Of a stretch of DNA of 64,000 bases, positions 19,459 to 28,471 are shown piece after piece (the stretch's first letter is position 1; each line of letters opens with the position of its first letter). The position numbers and the translations under genes were made by a program. The notes below the pieces were generated by a model. It was not told the DNA's origin and searched no databases. It was given only the letters and a program-made list of their open reading frames with translations. Where the stretch lies: positions 40,482 through 104,481 of the forward strand of contig JAZLHA010000002.1 of assembly GCA_045616625.1 (NCBI GenBank), given 5' to 3'. Source of the stretch: Candidatus Enterousia sp. Lineage in GTDB: Bacteria > Pseudomonadota > Alphaproteobacteria > Rs-D84.

Positions 19459-20583
19459 TTATTTCATAATGGAATTGGCGATTAGTTTGCAGGAATCAAT
19501 ACCGTCTTTCTGCCATAATTTATCTGTTTTGGATAATTCAGATACCATCTTTTTATAATTGGCGGGATTATTCAATTTGCAAAATGCGTTCATTATATTA
19601 TCAACCGTTGCATTACCACCCAATAATTCAGGATAAATTTCGCGGTTCATCAATATGTTTACCAGCGAAACCCATTTGACCGTTATAATCATACGTATAA
19701 TCCATGTTGAAATTCTATTCATTTTATATACGATAATTGCGGGAATATGCATCATAGCAAGTTCGGCTGATACGGTACCACTTGCGGCAATGGCAATATG
19801 TGTTTTTGCATACCAATCATAACGTGTCGTCGCACTGACTATCATTGGTTTAATTTTCCAATTTTTCGTTTGTTCACGAATGTATTTATCGGTCGTTTCC
19901 ACCGTTGGAATTACAAATTTATATCCTGTATAACCACAAGCGTTCATCATATCAACAGTTTTACGGAATAGGGGTAATAACTTTTTAACCTCGGTTATGC
20001 GACTGCCAGGAATAAGGGTAATGATTTTTTCATCTGTTCTTTTGTATTTTCCGATTATTCCATCAGCAATAGGGTGACCGACCGCAACTGTATCAAGTCC
20101 ATATTTTGTAAAGTACGGAATTTCAAAATCAAAAAACGCGTATAATTTATCAAATGCGCGTGCAATTTTCTTGGCGCGTTTTGGGCGCCATGCCCATACC
20201 TGGGGCGCAACAACATGGTGAAAACGCAGACCGTTCTCAATAAGTTCCTGACCCAATTTAGATTTACGAACACCATTGACAACCGAACGTGCAAAGCCTG
20301 GCGCATCAATTGTTAAAACAACATCAGGTTTTTCTGTCAGAATAGCAGATATAGTTTGCTTTATCCGCGATGTTAGGGTTCTTGCATGGACCGCAACCTC
20401 TACCACGCCCATAACCGCCAAATCAGAAATCGGAAATATGGATTTTAATCCTGCACTAATCATATTTTCGCCACCGATACCGATAAAATCAGCATTCTTG
20501 GTGGCTTGCATTATATGTGCACCTAAACAATCACCAGAAACTTCGCCAGCAATGATAAAAATCTTTTTATGTTTATTCTGCAT
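19459..20583 (-). CDS. lpxB: Lipid-A-disaccharide synthase
   Basis: IIAGEVSGD, DLAVMGVVEV, TIDAPGF, APQVWAWRP, LIPGSR, ASGTVSAE. Confidence 0.96.
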   Translation of the reverse strand: MQNKHKKIFIIAGEVSGDCLGAHIMQATKNADFIGIGGENMISAGLKSIFPISDLAVMGVVEVAVHARTLTSRIKQTISAILTEKPDVVLTIDAPGFARSVVNGVRKSKLGQELIENGLRFHHVVAPQVWAWRPKRAKKIARAFDKLYAFFDFEIPYFTKYGLDTVAVGHPIADGIIGKYKRTDEKIITLIPGSRITEVKKLLPLFRKTVDMMNACGYTGYKFVIPTVETTDKYIREQTKNWKIKPMIVSATTRYDWYAKTHIAIAASGTVSAELAMMHIPAIIVYKMNRISTWIIRMIITVKWVSLVNILMNREIYPELLGGNATVDNIMNAFCKLNNPANYKKMVSELSKTDKLWQKDGIDSCKLIANSIMK

Positions 20584-21376
20584 TTTTTAATGGACCAATT
20601 CCGCGTTTTGAACGGTTTTCAATAAAGTCAATGGCATCCATTGCGTATTTGTTATTTTTTACTTCTTTGCGGACATGTTCTAGTCTTTCTGCAACAGTTC
20701 CGTCTTTGTTATCAAATACCGCAGAATATACAGAATGAATCGCATGTATGTCTTCGGTAGTAAAACCATGACGCATCAAGCCAACACGATTTATGGTACG
20801 GTACATCGCGCGTCCACCTTCATAAATAGCATAAGGTAAAACATCACTTGCAACGCCGGACATTCCACCAATAAAGGCATTACGGCCAATTCGGACAAAT
20901 TGTAAAACCATAGCGCCACCTGATAAGATGGCAAAATCTTCAACCTCTACATGGCCAGCAACTTGAACCACATTGGACATAACAACGCTGTTGCCGATTT
21001 TGCAATCGTGGCCAACATGGGCATTAACCATAATCTGACAATCGTCGCCAATTTCGGTTCCTGTTGATGCAGGTGTTCCTGAATGAATTGTCACATATTC
21101 ACGAATTTTACAACGTTTACCAATTTTTAATCCGGTCATTGCTGATTCATCCTGCCATTTTAAATCCTGACTCATAACGCCCAAAACAGCAAATGGATAA
21201 ACAATCGAATCGTCGCCAATACTGGTTTTACCGTCAATGATAACATTAGATACCAGTTCAACACGATCGCTCAAAACCACATTTGGACCGATAATACAAT
21301 ATGGCCCAATTTTACAGTCAGAACCAATAACTGCGCCGGGTTGAATAATTGCTGATGGATGAATACTAGTCGTCAT
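20573..21376 (-). CDS. lpxA: UDP-N-acetylglucosamine O-acyltransferase
   Basis: Hexapeptide repeats, IHPSAII, QDLKW, IREYVTIHSGT, HVGHDC, LMRHGF. Confidence 0.95.
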   Translation of the reverse strand: MTTSIHPSAIIQPGAVIGSDCKIGPYCIIGPNVVLSDRVELVSNVIIDGKTSIGDDSIVYPFAVLGVMSQDLKWQDESAMTGLKIGKRCKIREYVTIHSGTPASTGTEIGDDCQIMVNAHVGHDCKIGNSVVMSNVVQVAGHVEVEDFAILSGGAMVLQFVRIGRNAFIGGMSGVASDVLPYAIYEGGRAMYRTINRVGLMRHGFTTEDIHAIHSVYSAVFDNKDGTVAERLEHVRKEVKNNKYAMDAIDFIENRSKRGIGPLKNAE

Positions 21377-21451
21377 ATTAAAATACCTTTTGTTTTCTGG
21401 TGATATAATACCTTAAATATCAAACAATTGGTATTAAATAAATATAACAAA

Positions 21452-22453
21452 TTATAACAAAAACTTAAAGTCGCGCCATGTGTTATTTTTGTTGGAGCAT
21501 AGAATTTGGAATATCCCTAAACAACTTATAACTGGCATTGTGGTAAGAATACCGAATATAAAAACCGTAGCACCAAATGCAATCACCCCTAAATTAGCAG
21601 GCAATAATTTGCTGTGTTTAATAGATAGTGCAAATGTTATATATGTCATAAGGAGTGTGAAAATCAACATAGGCACAGATTCTGTTAATAAAAATGTTGC
21701 AATTCCAAGGATGCTTAAAACACGTGATAACCATTTTAATTTAATAAAAACAGATTGACGAAATTTATTTGATGGTTTTATTTTTATTAAAGCAAATGTT
21801 GCGCTTATGCCCAAACCAAATGCCAAAATCACCAATAAATGAAACGGTCCCAGATTGCCAAGTTGCCCGAAACGGAAAAATTCCGGCTGCATTAGTATAG
21901 CAATTACTGTTGTTGCCATCAAAAGCGCGGTTAATAATATACCATTTGGTTTTATCTTTCTTTTTATACCAAAAAATAAGCCAAAACATACTGCGGAAAT
22001 TTGTAATATTGCTCCCCACCATGTGTGTATGTCCGTTAAACCGATTATAATTAGCGCAATAATTATACTGCATATTTTGGTTGTTTTGTTACGCAACATA
22101 ATTTGTGGAACATTAACTTTTTCCCTGTGTGTGCCGATAAAAAATGCCGATAGAAACAAAATAAGTGCTGTTACAAAAGGTAATAATGTGTGGTCGTCGC
22201 GTAATATAGAATAATTCCCGCCAAATAGAACGACCCATAAAAGTGTTAAACCAATAGTCCAAATACATGTATGCGATGTTATGTTTTGTCTTTTCCAACC
22301 AATAGATTCCAAGAACGTGTTGCCGCGCTTCCACACAATAATAAATATAGGTGTCATTAAAATCGCAAGCCATAAAAATGCTGGTGCGACCAATGCAGCG
22401 TTATTAAATGCGCTGATTGCGCTTTGAACGATGTTTGTTTCTGTAATTAACAT
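21452..22453 (-). CDS. Hypothetical polytopic membrane protein
   Basis: 333 aa with about ten hydrophobic segments; no family recognised. Confidence 0.75.
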   Translation of the reverse strand: MLITETNIVQSAISAFNNAALVAPAFLWLAILMTPIFIIVWKRGNTFLESIGWKRQNITSHTCIWTIGLTLLWVVLFGGNYSILRDDHTLLPFVTALILFLSAFFIGTHREKVNVPQIMLRNKTTKICSIIIALIIIGLTDIHTWWGAILQISAVCFGLFFGIKRKIKPNGILLTALLMATTVIAILMQPEFFRFGQLGNLGPFHLLVILAFGLGISATFALIKIKPSNKFRQSVFIKLKWLSRVLSILGIATFLLTESVPMLIFTLLMTYITFALSIKHSKLLPANLGVIAFGATVFIFGILTTMPVISCLGIFQILCSNKNNTWRDFKFLL

Positions 22454-22491
22454 ATACTTGCCTTTTTGTTTTATTGAATTATGATATAGGT

Positions 22492-23172
22492 ATGTCTGAA
22501 AAACAAGAAATTTTTAGTCTAATTGGTGGAAAAGTAAAAATTCATCGTGGAATTTATAATCCAACAAGTGATGCTGTGTGGCTCGCGGCGTTCGTTCCTG
22601 ATAACTGTAAAACGGTTTTAGATGTCGGAATAGGGACTGGTGGGGTCGCTTTATGTTTGCATGCACACCAAAATACTACCCAGATTACAGGTTTAGATAT
22701 CTCTGGTGATATGTTATCTGAATGCGCCAAAAACGCCGAATTAAATGGGTGTGATATAGAATTAATAAATGCCGACATATTTTCGTGGAAAACGGCCAGA
22801 ACATTTGATGTGGTTGTTTCTAATCCGCCTTATTTTAAGGGAACGCCAGCACATCATAACGCACACCATAATGTTGATATATCAGGGTGGGTGAAAAAGT
22901 GTGTCGCGCGGGTGCGACCGCGTGGATGGTTTTGTACTATTATTGACGCACTTGTGTTGACCGACACTATTTCTGTGATGTCAAAGTCTTGTGGGGATAT
23001 AACTATTTTACCGTTATATGGTTCTAAACAAACTGCTGAACGCGTTTTGGTGTGTGGTCGTGTCGGATCACATGGTGGAACAATCTTGTATAAAGGGCTG
23101 TCTATGAATGATTCTGAGATTTTACGTGATGGCTTGACTATTAAACAAAAATTATCTACACTAGGCGCATAA
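22492..23172 (+). CDS. SAM-dependent methyltransferase, YfiC/tRNA1(Val) A37 N6-methylase-like
   Basis: VLDVGIGTGG motif I, VVSNPPYF motif IV; start chosen at 22492 (MSEKQ). Confidence 0.8.
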   Translation: MSEKQEIFSLIGGKVKIHRGIYNPTSDAVWLAAFVPDNCKTVLDVGIGTGGVALCLHAHQNTTQITGLDISGDMLSECAKNAELNGCDIELINADIFSWKTARTFDVVVSNPPYFKGTPAHHNAHHNVDISGWVKKCVARVRPRGWFCTIIDALVLTDTISVMSKSCGDITILPLYGSKQTAERVLVCGRVGSHGGTILYKGLSMNDSEILRDGLTIKQKLSTLGA

Positions 23173-24452
23173 TGTTAAACTTTATAACGCGTTATTTTAC
23201 GTCACTGTGGGCGTTGCTTACTTGGCCATTTCGTATGGTTTGGCGCGGTGTTAGGCGTTTGTTCCCAGCACGTGAATTTTCGATTATGGATTTGCCAACG
23301 GGCAATGTGTACAGTTTTCAACAAAGTAGTTTTTGGCGTTTTACTAAATTTTGTGGAAAAATAGGTCTGATTTTATGGGCGGCATGGTCCACTTATGTTT
23401 TTGTTTATCATCGTCCTTTATTGCAAAAAAGAACTCAGCAATTGGCCGAAGAAACAGAACGTCACGATCGCCACATGGTCGATTTGCAGACTTATTTAGC
23501 AAAGTATAATTCTTTGACCCAGGATTTGACGGTTATTGACGATAAAATTTTAAATGATAAAAAACTAACCGATACCCAGAAAGAAGAAATGGCAACGAAT
23601 CGTGCTAAAATTTGGGGCGAATTGAATTTCTTGCATTCCAGATTGACGGAAATGTTTTCAAACGAAGATTATTCTGCAGAATATACTAAATTGGCTGAAT
23701 TGTCGATGGAGTATGAATTGACGCACGCCGAAAACGAAGGATTAAAAAAGAAAAATGCTGAATTGGTTGAATCTATGATTGATATCGCCTCTGCTGATAT
23801 TCAAATTGTTGATATAGTGACGAAATTAACGGCTGATAATACCAATGAATTGCATGCGGCGGTAAAGAAAATTAATTCAACAATTTCTTCATTGGGACTT
23901 AGCGAAAATGGTTTGGTTGAAAGTGCTAATAAATATGCTAGTCCGGTCGTTGGCTCTGCGTTTTCACCACTTGATATAGATAAAGATGCTGATCCGAAAT
24001 ATCAAAAGTTGGCCGATGGATTGGAAATGTGGCACGGGTTATCGCGCCTTAAAAAGATTTTGCCATTGGGGGCGCCGGTGGAAAAAGTACGTATAACTTC
24101 TAATTATGGAACACGTGTTGACCCATTTGGAACAAAGCAAAAGAAAAAACACAAGGGCATCGATTTCGCCGGAAAAATAGGTACAGAATTGTTGGCTGTT
24201 GCACCTGGGCGTGTTGTTTCTGCGGGCGAACGTGTTGGTTATGGAACAACAGTTGAGATAGATCATGGGTTAGGGTTTACAACATTATACGCCCATTTAT
24301 CACATATAAATGTTTCGCGTGGTGATTGGGTGCGACCAGGAACAATAATTGGTTTGGCAGGTTCGTCTGGACGTTCCACAGGTCCACATTTACATTATGA
24401 AATAAGATACAAAGGTCAGGCTTTTGATCCAACAAAGTTTGTAAAGGAGTAA
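23172..24452 (+). CDS. Membrane-anchored M23 endopeptidase with coiled coil
   Basis: TM near N-terminus, long coiled coil, HKGIDF (HxxxD), YAHL, STGPHLHYE. Confidence 0.92.
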   Translation: MLNFITRYFTSLWALLTWPFRMVWRGVRRLFPAREFSIMDLPTGNVYSFQQSSFWRFTKFCGKIGLILWAAWSTYVFVYHRPLLQKRTQQLAEETERHDRHMVDLQTYLAKYNSLTQDLTVIDDKILNDKKLTDTQKEEMATNRAKIWGELNFLHSRLTEMFSNEDYSAEYTKLAELSMEYELTHAENEGLKKKNAELVESMIDIASADIQIVDIVTKLTADNTNELHAAVKKINSTISSLGLSENGLVESANKYASPVVGSAFSPLDIDKDADPKYQKLADGLEMWHGLSRLKKILPLGAPVEKVRITSNYGTRVDPFGTKQKKKHKGIDFAGKIGTELLAVAPGRVVSAGERVGYGTTVEIDHGLGFTTLYAHLSHINVSRGDWVRPGTIIGLAGSSGRSTGPHLHYEIRYKGQAFDPTKFVKE

Positions 24453-24456
24453 TAAA

Positions 24457-24810
24457 ATGTTAGCGTTTACAAATGCAAACGAAAAACAATCGCCAACCGT
24501 TATAGGTGCAGGCTGCGATTTAAAGGGCGATATCAAAACAGATCATACTGTCCAGATCCATGGACATGTTGTTGGTAATGTGACCGCTGATACTGTTATT
24601 ATTGGGCGTGGTGGTACAGTTATTGGTAAGATTGTTGCAGATACATTATTCTTGCACGGTTCTTTGGATGGGCCGGCTACGGTTAAAACGGCTAATATAT
24701 TTAATAACGCCCAGATGACTGGGGTTTTGTCGTATTGCACATTGAATATTACGGGAAATACTGGTTTGGAATGTAAATTGTCTAAACGTAAAGGCGGTAA
24801 AAATGAATAA
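24457..24810 (+). CDS. Bactofilin (polymer-forming cytoskeletal protein)
   Basis: TVIGAGCDLKGDI…VQIHGHVVGNV…IIGRGGTVIGKI beta-helix repeats. Confidence 0.88.
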   Translation: MLAFTNANEKQSPTVIGAGCDLKGDIKTDHTVQIHGHVVGNVTADTVIIGRGGTVIGKIVADTLFLHGSLDGPATVKTANIFNNAQMTGVLSYCTLNITGNTGLECKLSKRKGGKNE

Positions 24811-25249
24811 AAATATATCAAAGGTTTTTATTGCATCTGATCATCGTGGGGTGGGGCTAAAATTGTATTTAATGGAAATGCTGTCTGCTGCTGGGTACAT
24901 GGTTGAAAATCTGGGGGTGGATGATCCAAACATTTCTGTTGATTACCCTGATGTTGCACACGATTTGGCTGATGCAATGTATGGTGATGAAAACGCACGT
25001 GGAATTTTGGTTTGTGGAACAGGGGCGGGTATGCAGATTGCTGCTAATCGTTTCAAACACATTCGTGCATCGCGTTGCGAAAGACCTGAACAGGCGCGTG
25101 ACGATAGATTTCATGATGATATAAATGTTATTGCATTGGGTGCCGATGATATAGATATAGAAATGGCATATTTATGTGTTCAAACATTTTTGGAAAGTCC
25201 GTTTGATGATAGTGAACGTCGTGTTCGCCGAATAGAAAAAATTTCATAA
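24803..25249 (+). CDS. rpiB: Ribose-5-phosphate isomerase B
   Basis: IASDHRG, DYPD, CGTGAGMQIAANR. Confidence 0.92.
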   Translation: MNKNISKVFIASDHRGVGLKLYLMEMLSAAGYMVENLGVDDPNISVDYPDVAHDLADAMYGDENARGILVCGTGAGMQIAANRFKHIRASRCERPEQARDDRFHDDINVIALGADDIDIEMAYLCVQTFLESPFDDSERRVRRIEKIS

Positions 25250-25250
25250 T

Positions 25251-25279
25251 AAAGACGCCTGAGATTAGGCGTTTTTTTA
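25251..25279. terminator. Bidirectional terminator
   Basis: ACGCCT-GAGATT-AGGCGT followed by a T-run, between convergent genes. Confidence 0.7.
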
Positions 25280-25750
25280 TTTCTGTTTTTCCATTGCTTT
25301 CGCATGGAGTTTTGCATTTAATTCAGGATTGTATTTAAAGTATTTATGACTGCCTGGGATAACATGATCTGTGATAGCATCATTTTTTGCCTCGTTTTCC
25401 GAAACGGTTTTGTCCCAGTCTATATTTGGTTTTGGCAGAGGTTTTGTTCCAAATACTAATTTTACATAAGGGCAGTGTCCAGGAACCAAGTAATGTTCAT
25501 GCATTGTGTCGGGGTTCAACGATGAACCGTCGTGATTAAAGCAACTGTCTTGATTGCCGTCATTGCGTTTAGAAGCATCCGGAGAATAACAACCACATTT
25601 ATGCGTAATAGGATCTAATTTATCGCAACGAACATTGGTTAGATGTGTTTTACCACATGGGTCTTGATATTTCACAAGACAACAAATGCCGCATTGCATA
25701 CAAACATTTTCCCATTCATCTGACCCAGGAATAATTTTCAGTTGCTTCAT
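25277..25750 (-). CDS. YcgN/UPF0260-like CxxCxxCC protein
   Basis: WENVCMQCGICCLVK, TNVRCDKLD…KC..Y, CPY. Confidence 0.8.
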   Translation of the reverse strand: MKQLKIIPGSDEWENVCMQCGICCLVKYQDPCGKTHLTNVRCDKLDPITHKCGCYSPDASKRNDGNQDSCFNHDGSSLNPDTMHEHYLVPGHCPYVKLVFGTKPLPKPNIDWDKTVSENEAKNDAITDHVIPGSHKYFKYNPELNAKLHAKAMEKQK

Positions 25751-28146
25751 TTCTTGACCACAAAGTTGACGAGTTTGTTCGGAACAACAATTGTTTTGAT
25801 TATTTCTGCACCATTTAACTGACGTGTGGCGGCATTTTTAGCCGCTTCAATAATTTCATCATTTGTTGCGGTTGTCGCAATATCAAATTGATTTGCGCGT
25901 TTCCCGTTCACAGAAACAACAATTGTCATAGATGATTTAACCATTTTGGATTCATCGTATGTTGGCCATGGTTCAAACACCATCATATCACTATGTCCCA
26001 ATTTTTCCCACATTTCTTCGGTTAAATGTGGCGCAAACGGATTCAATAGCTGAATCAGAATCTCGTATGCGGGGCGGGGCATTTTACCACCGTTAAACGC
26101 ATTTATAAATTCCATCATCGCAGAAATAGCAGTATTAAAGTGCATATTATCCAAGCGGTCTGTGACATCAAATACCAATTGATTGACCAATCTTTCCTGT
26201 TCGGCATCCATTGGATCACCGGTTAAATTGTCAGATAAATTTTCAATTCGTTTAAGGAATCTTTGAACGCCGGATAGGGTGCCTTCGGTCCAAATAACAT
26301 TGTTTTCCCATGGTCCAAGTGACAATACTGCAACACGACCAGCATCAGCGCCAACACGATCAACCAAATCTGCAACCATAAATCCGTTGCCGCGTGATTT
26401 TGACATTTTATAGCCGTCATTACCCATTAGCAAACCCTGGGCAGTACGCTTTTTATATGGTTCTGGGGTTGTAACCAAACCCAAATCAAATAGGGCATGA
26501 TGCCAAAAACGCGAATATATCAAATGGCGTGTATTGTGTTCGTGACCGCCGTTATAGTGCGTCACAGGCATCCATTTTTCCATTTGTTCGTGCGAACAAA
26601 ATTCTTTATCGTTTTTAGGGTCCAAATAACGCATATAATACCACGATGAACCCGCCCAACCCGGCATAGTATCAGTTTCGCGTTTAGCATCGCCACCACA
26701 ACATGGGCATTTTGTATTTACCCAATCTGTTGCGCGTGCCAATGGGCTTTCGCCTTGGTCTGTTGGACGATAGTCCATCATATATGGCTGAATTATTGGC
26801 AATTCAGATTCCGAAACAGGAACCCAACCACATTTTTCACAATAAATCATTGGAATAGGTTCGCCCCAATACATTTGGCGTGAAAAGCCCCAGTCTTTTA
26901 ATTTATATTTCGTTGTGCCGCGTGCAAAACCGTTCTTTTCACCATATTCAATGGCGGTTTTGATTGCAGTTTCTTTATCCATACCGTCCAGGAACTCAGA
27001 ATTTATATGCAGTCCATCGCCCTCGTAAACTTTGTCCGGTTCGCCACCAGATAATACAGGGATAATGTCCAATCCAAACTTTTTAGCAAATGCCCAGTCG
27101 CGTGAATCGTGCGCAGGAACCGCCATAATTGTTCCATACGCATAATCTGCCAATACGTAATCAGATGTGAATACCGGAATTTGTTTTCCTGTAAATGGAT
27201 TTACTGCGGCAACACCTTCCAGTTTTATACCGGTTTTTTCACGTGTTCCATCTGTTCTTTCTATTTCTGTTTTTGCCGCAGATGATTTAATGTAGGCTTC
27301 TACTTCTTCTTTGTTTGTGACTTTGCCTTCGTTCAACCATTTGCGCAATAGTTTGTGTTCTGGGGCAATAACACAGAAAGTGACACCGAATATAGTATCA
27401 ACGCGTGTTGTATAAATTGTCATTGTGTCATCGCCAACCTTGAAATCAACATCGGCACCGTGTGAACGCCCAATAAGATTTATTTCGTCTTTCTTGATGC
27501 GTTCATCAAAATCAATGTCTTTTAATCCATCTAATAATTTATCAGCATATTTAGATAGAGCCAAATTCCACTGCATTTTTTCTTTCTTTTCAATTATTCC
27601 ATGACAGCGTGGACATTTGTTGTCTTCCAATTCTTCATTGGTAAATGTTGTTTTACATTCTGGACACCAATTCATCGGCAGGGCAGATTTATACGCCAAT
27701 CCCGCCTTAAAAAATTGTATAAACATCCATTGTGTCCATCTAATATATTCAGGGTCAGATGTCGCGATACGGGTTTCAGGACTAACCGACCAACCAACGC
27801 GGTCAATCATTTCAGAATAAGATTTTATCAAATCTTTGGCAACATCAGCAGGGTGACGACCAATTTTTGTAGCATAATGTTCGCCCGCAATTCCCATGGC
27901 GTCAAAGCCCATTGGAAACAAAACATCATAACCGCGATGACGGCGATAACGTGCCAAAACATCCATGCCGGAATAGTTCATCATATGGCCGGCGTGCATA
28001 CCCGCCCCAGATAAAAACGGAAATTCAACAAGAGTATAAAAACGTGGCTTTGAGCCGTCGTTTTTAGGCACAAAAGCGCGTGCATCGCGCCAGCGTTTTT
28101 GCCATTTTGCTTCACGTTCTTGAATTTGTTTCATATCGTCTGCCAT
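25747..28146 (-). CDS. leuS: Leucine--tRNA ligase
   Basis: EFPFLSGAGMHAGH (HIGH variant), WGFSRQMYWGEPIP, DTMPGWAGSSWYY, KMSKSRGN; start chosen at 28146 (MADDM). Confidence 0.97.
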   Translation of the reverse strand: MADDMKQIQEREAKWQKRWRDARAFVPKNDGSKPRFYTLVEFPFLSGAGMHAGHMMNYSGMDVLARYRRHRGYDVLFPMGFDAMGIAGEHYATKIGRHPADVAKDLIKSYSEMIDRVGWSVSPETRIATSDPEYIRWTQWMFIQFFKAGLAYKSALPMNWCPECKTTFTNEELEDNKCPRCHGIIEKKEKMQWNLALSKYADKLLDGLKDIDFDERIKKDEINLIGRSHGADVDFKVGDDTMTIYTTRVDTIFGVTFCVIAPEHKLLRKWLNEGKVTNKEEVEAYIKSSAAKTEIERTDGTREKTGIKLEGVAAVNPFTGKQIPVFTSDYVLADYAYGTIMAVPAHDSRDWAFAKKFGLDIIPVLSGGEPDKVYEGDGLHINSEFLDGMDKETAIKTAIEYGEKNGFARGTTKYKLKDWGFSRQMYWGEPIPMIYCEKCGWVPVSESELPIIQPYMMDYRPTDQGESPLARATDWVNTKCPCCGGDAKRETDTMPGWAGSSWYYMRYLDPKNDKEFCSHEQMEKWMPVTHYNGGHEHNTRHLIYSRFWHHALFDLGLVTTPEPYKKRTAQGLLMGNDGYKMSKSRGNGFMVADLVDRVGADAGRVAVLSLGPWENNVIWTEGTLSGVQRFLKRIENLSDNLTGDPMDAEQERLVNQLVFDVTDRLDNMHFNTAISAMMEFINAFNGGKMPRPAYEILIQLLNPFAPHLTEEMWEKLGHSDMMVFEPWPTYDESKMVKSSMTIVVSVNGKRANQFDIATTATNDEIIEAAKNAATRQLNGAEIIKTIVVPNKLVNFVVKK

Positions 28147-28223
28147 AATAAAACCTTTGTTTACAATGCTAGGTATTTTATAGTGGATAGTGTGGTAATT
28201 CAAGTTTTTTTATAAAAATTTCC

Positions 28224-28252
28224 TTTACATATATTTCCAGATTGTATAAAAT
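28224..28252 (+). promoter_or_regulatory. Sigma70-type promoter for the 28472 gene leader
   Basis: TTTACA-N17-TAAAAT. Confidence 0.55.
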
Positions 28253-28280
28253 TTTTGTGTCATGATGAGTTATCATGATG

Positions 28281-28440
28281 GGGTGTAGAAACCCGAACCA
28301 GAGCGTCAAATATTTTCATTGTTTGACGAAAATTCTCCTAATTATGGTTAGGAGGGTTGCGATATATCTGAATAAGCAACACAATTCTCTGGATTGTTTC
28401 TAACCTCCTGACCACTTGATTTTTAATCAGTGGTTTTTGT
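28281..28440 (+). ncRNA. Structured cis-regulatory leader, C4/CI antisense-RNA-like, ending in an intrinsic terminator
   Basis: Pairings TAGAAAC(28286)/GTTTCTA(28396), CCAGAG(28298)/CTCTGG(28387), CGTCAAA/TTTGACG, CTCCTAA/TTAGGAG, GTTGC/GCAAC; alternative TGGTTAGGAGG(28345)/CCTCCTGACCA(28404); terminator stem plus U-tract at 28411-28440. Confidence 0.65.
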
Positions 28441-28471
28441 TTAAAACAAAGAAAAGGGGAGATTTTTTACA

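Noticed and set aside
28281-28440. Lysine, T-box or other metabolite riboswitch
   Set aside because: No L-box or T-box conserved sequence. The element is on the strand opposite to leuS and precedes a surface-protein gene.
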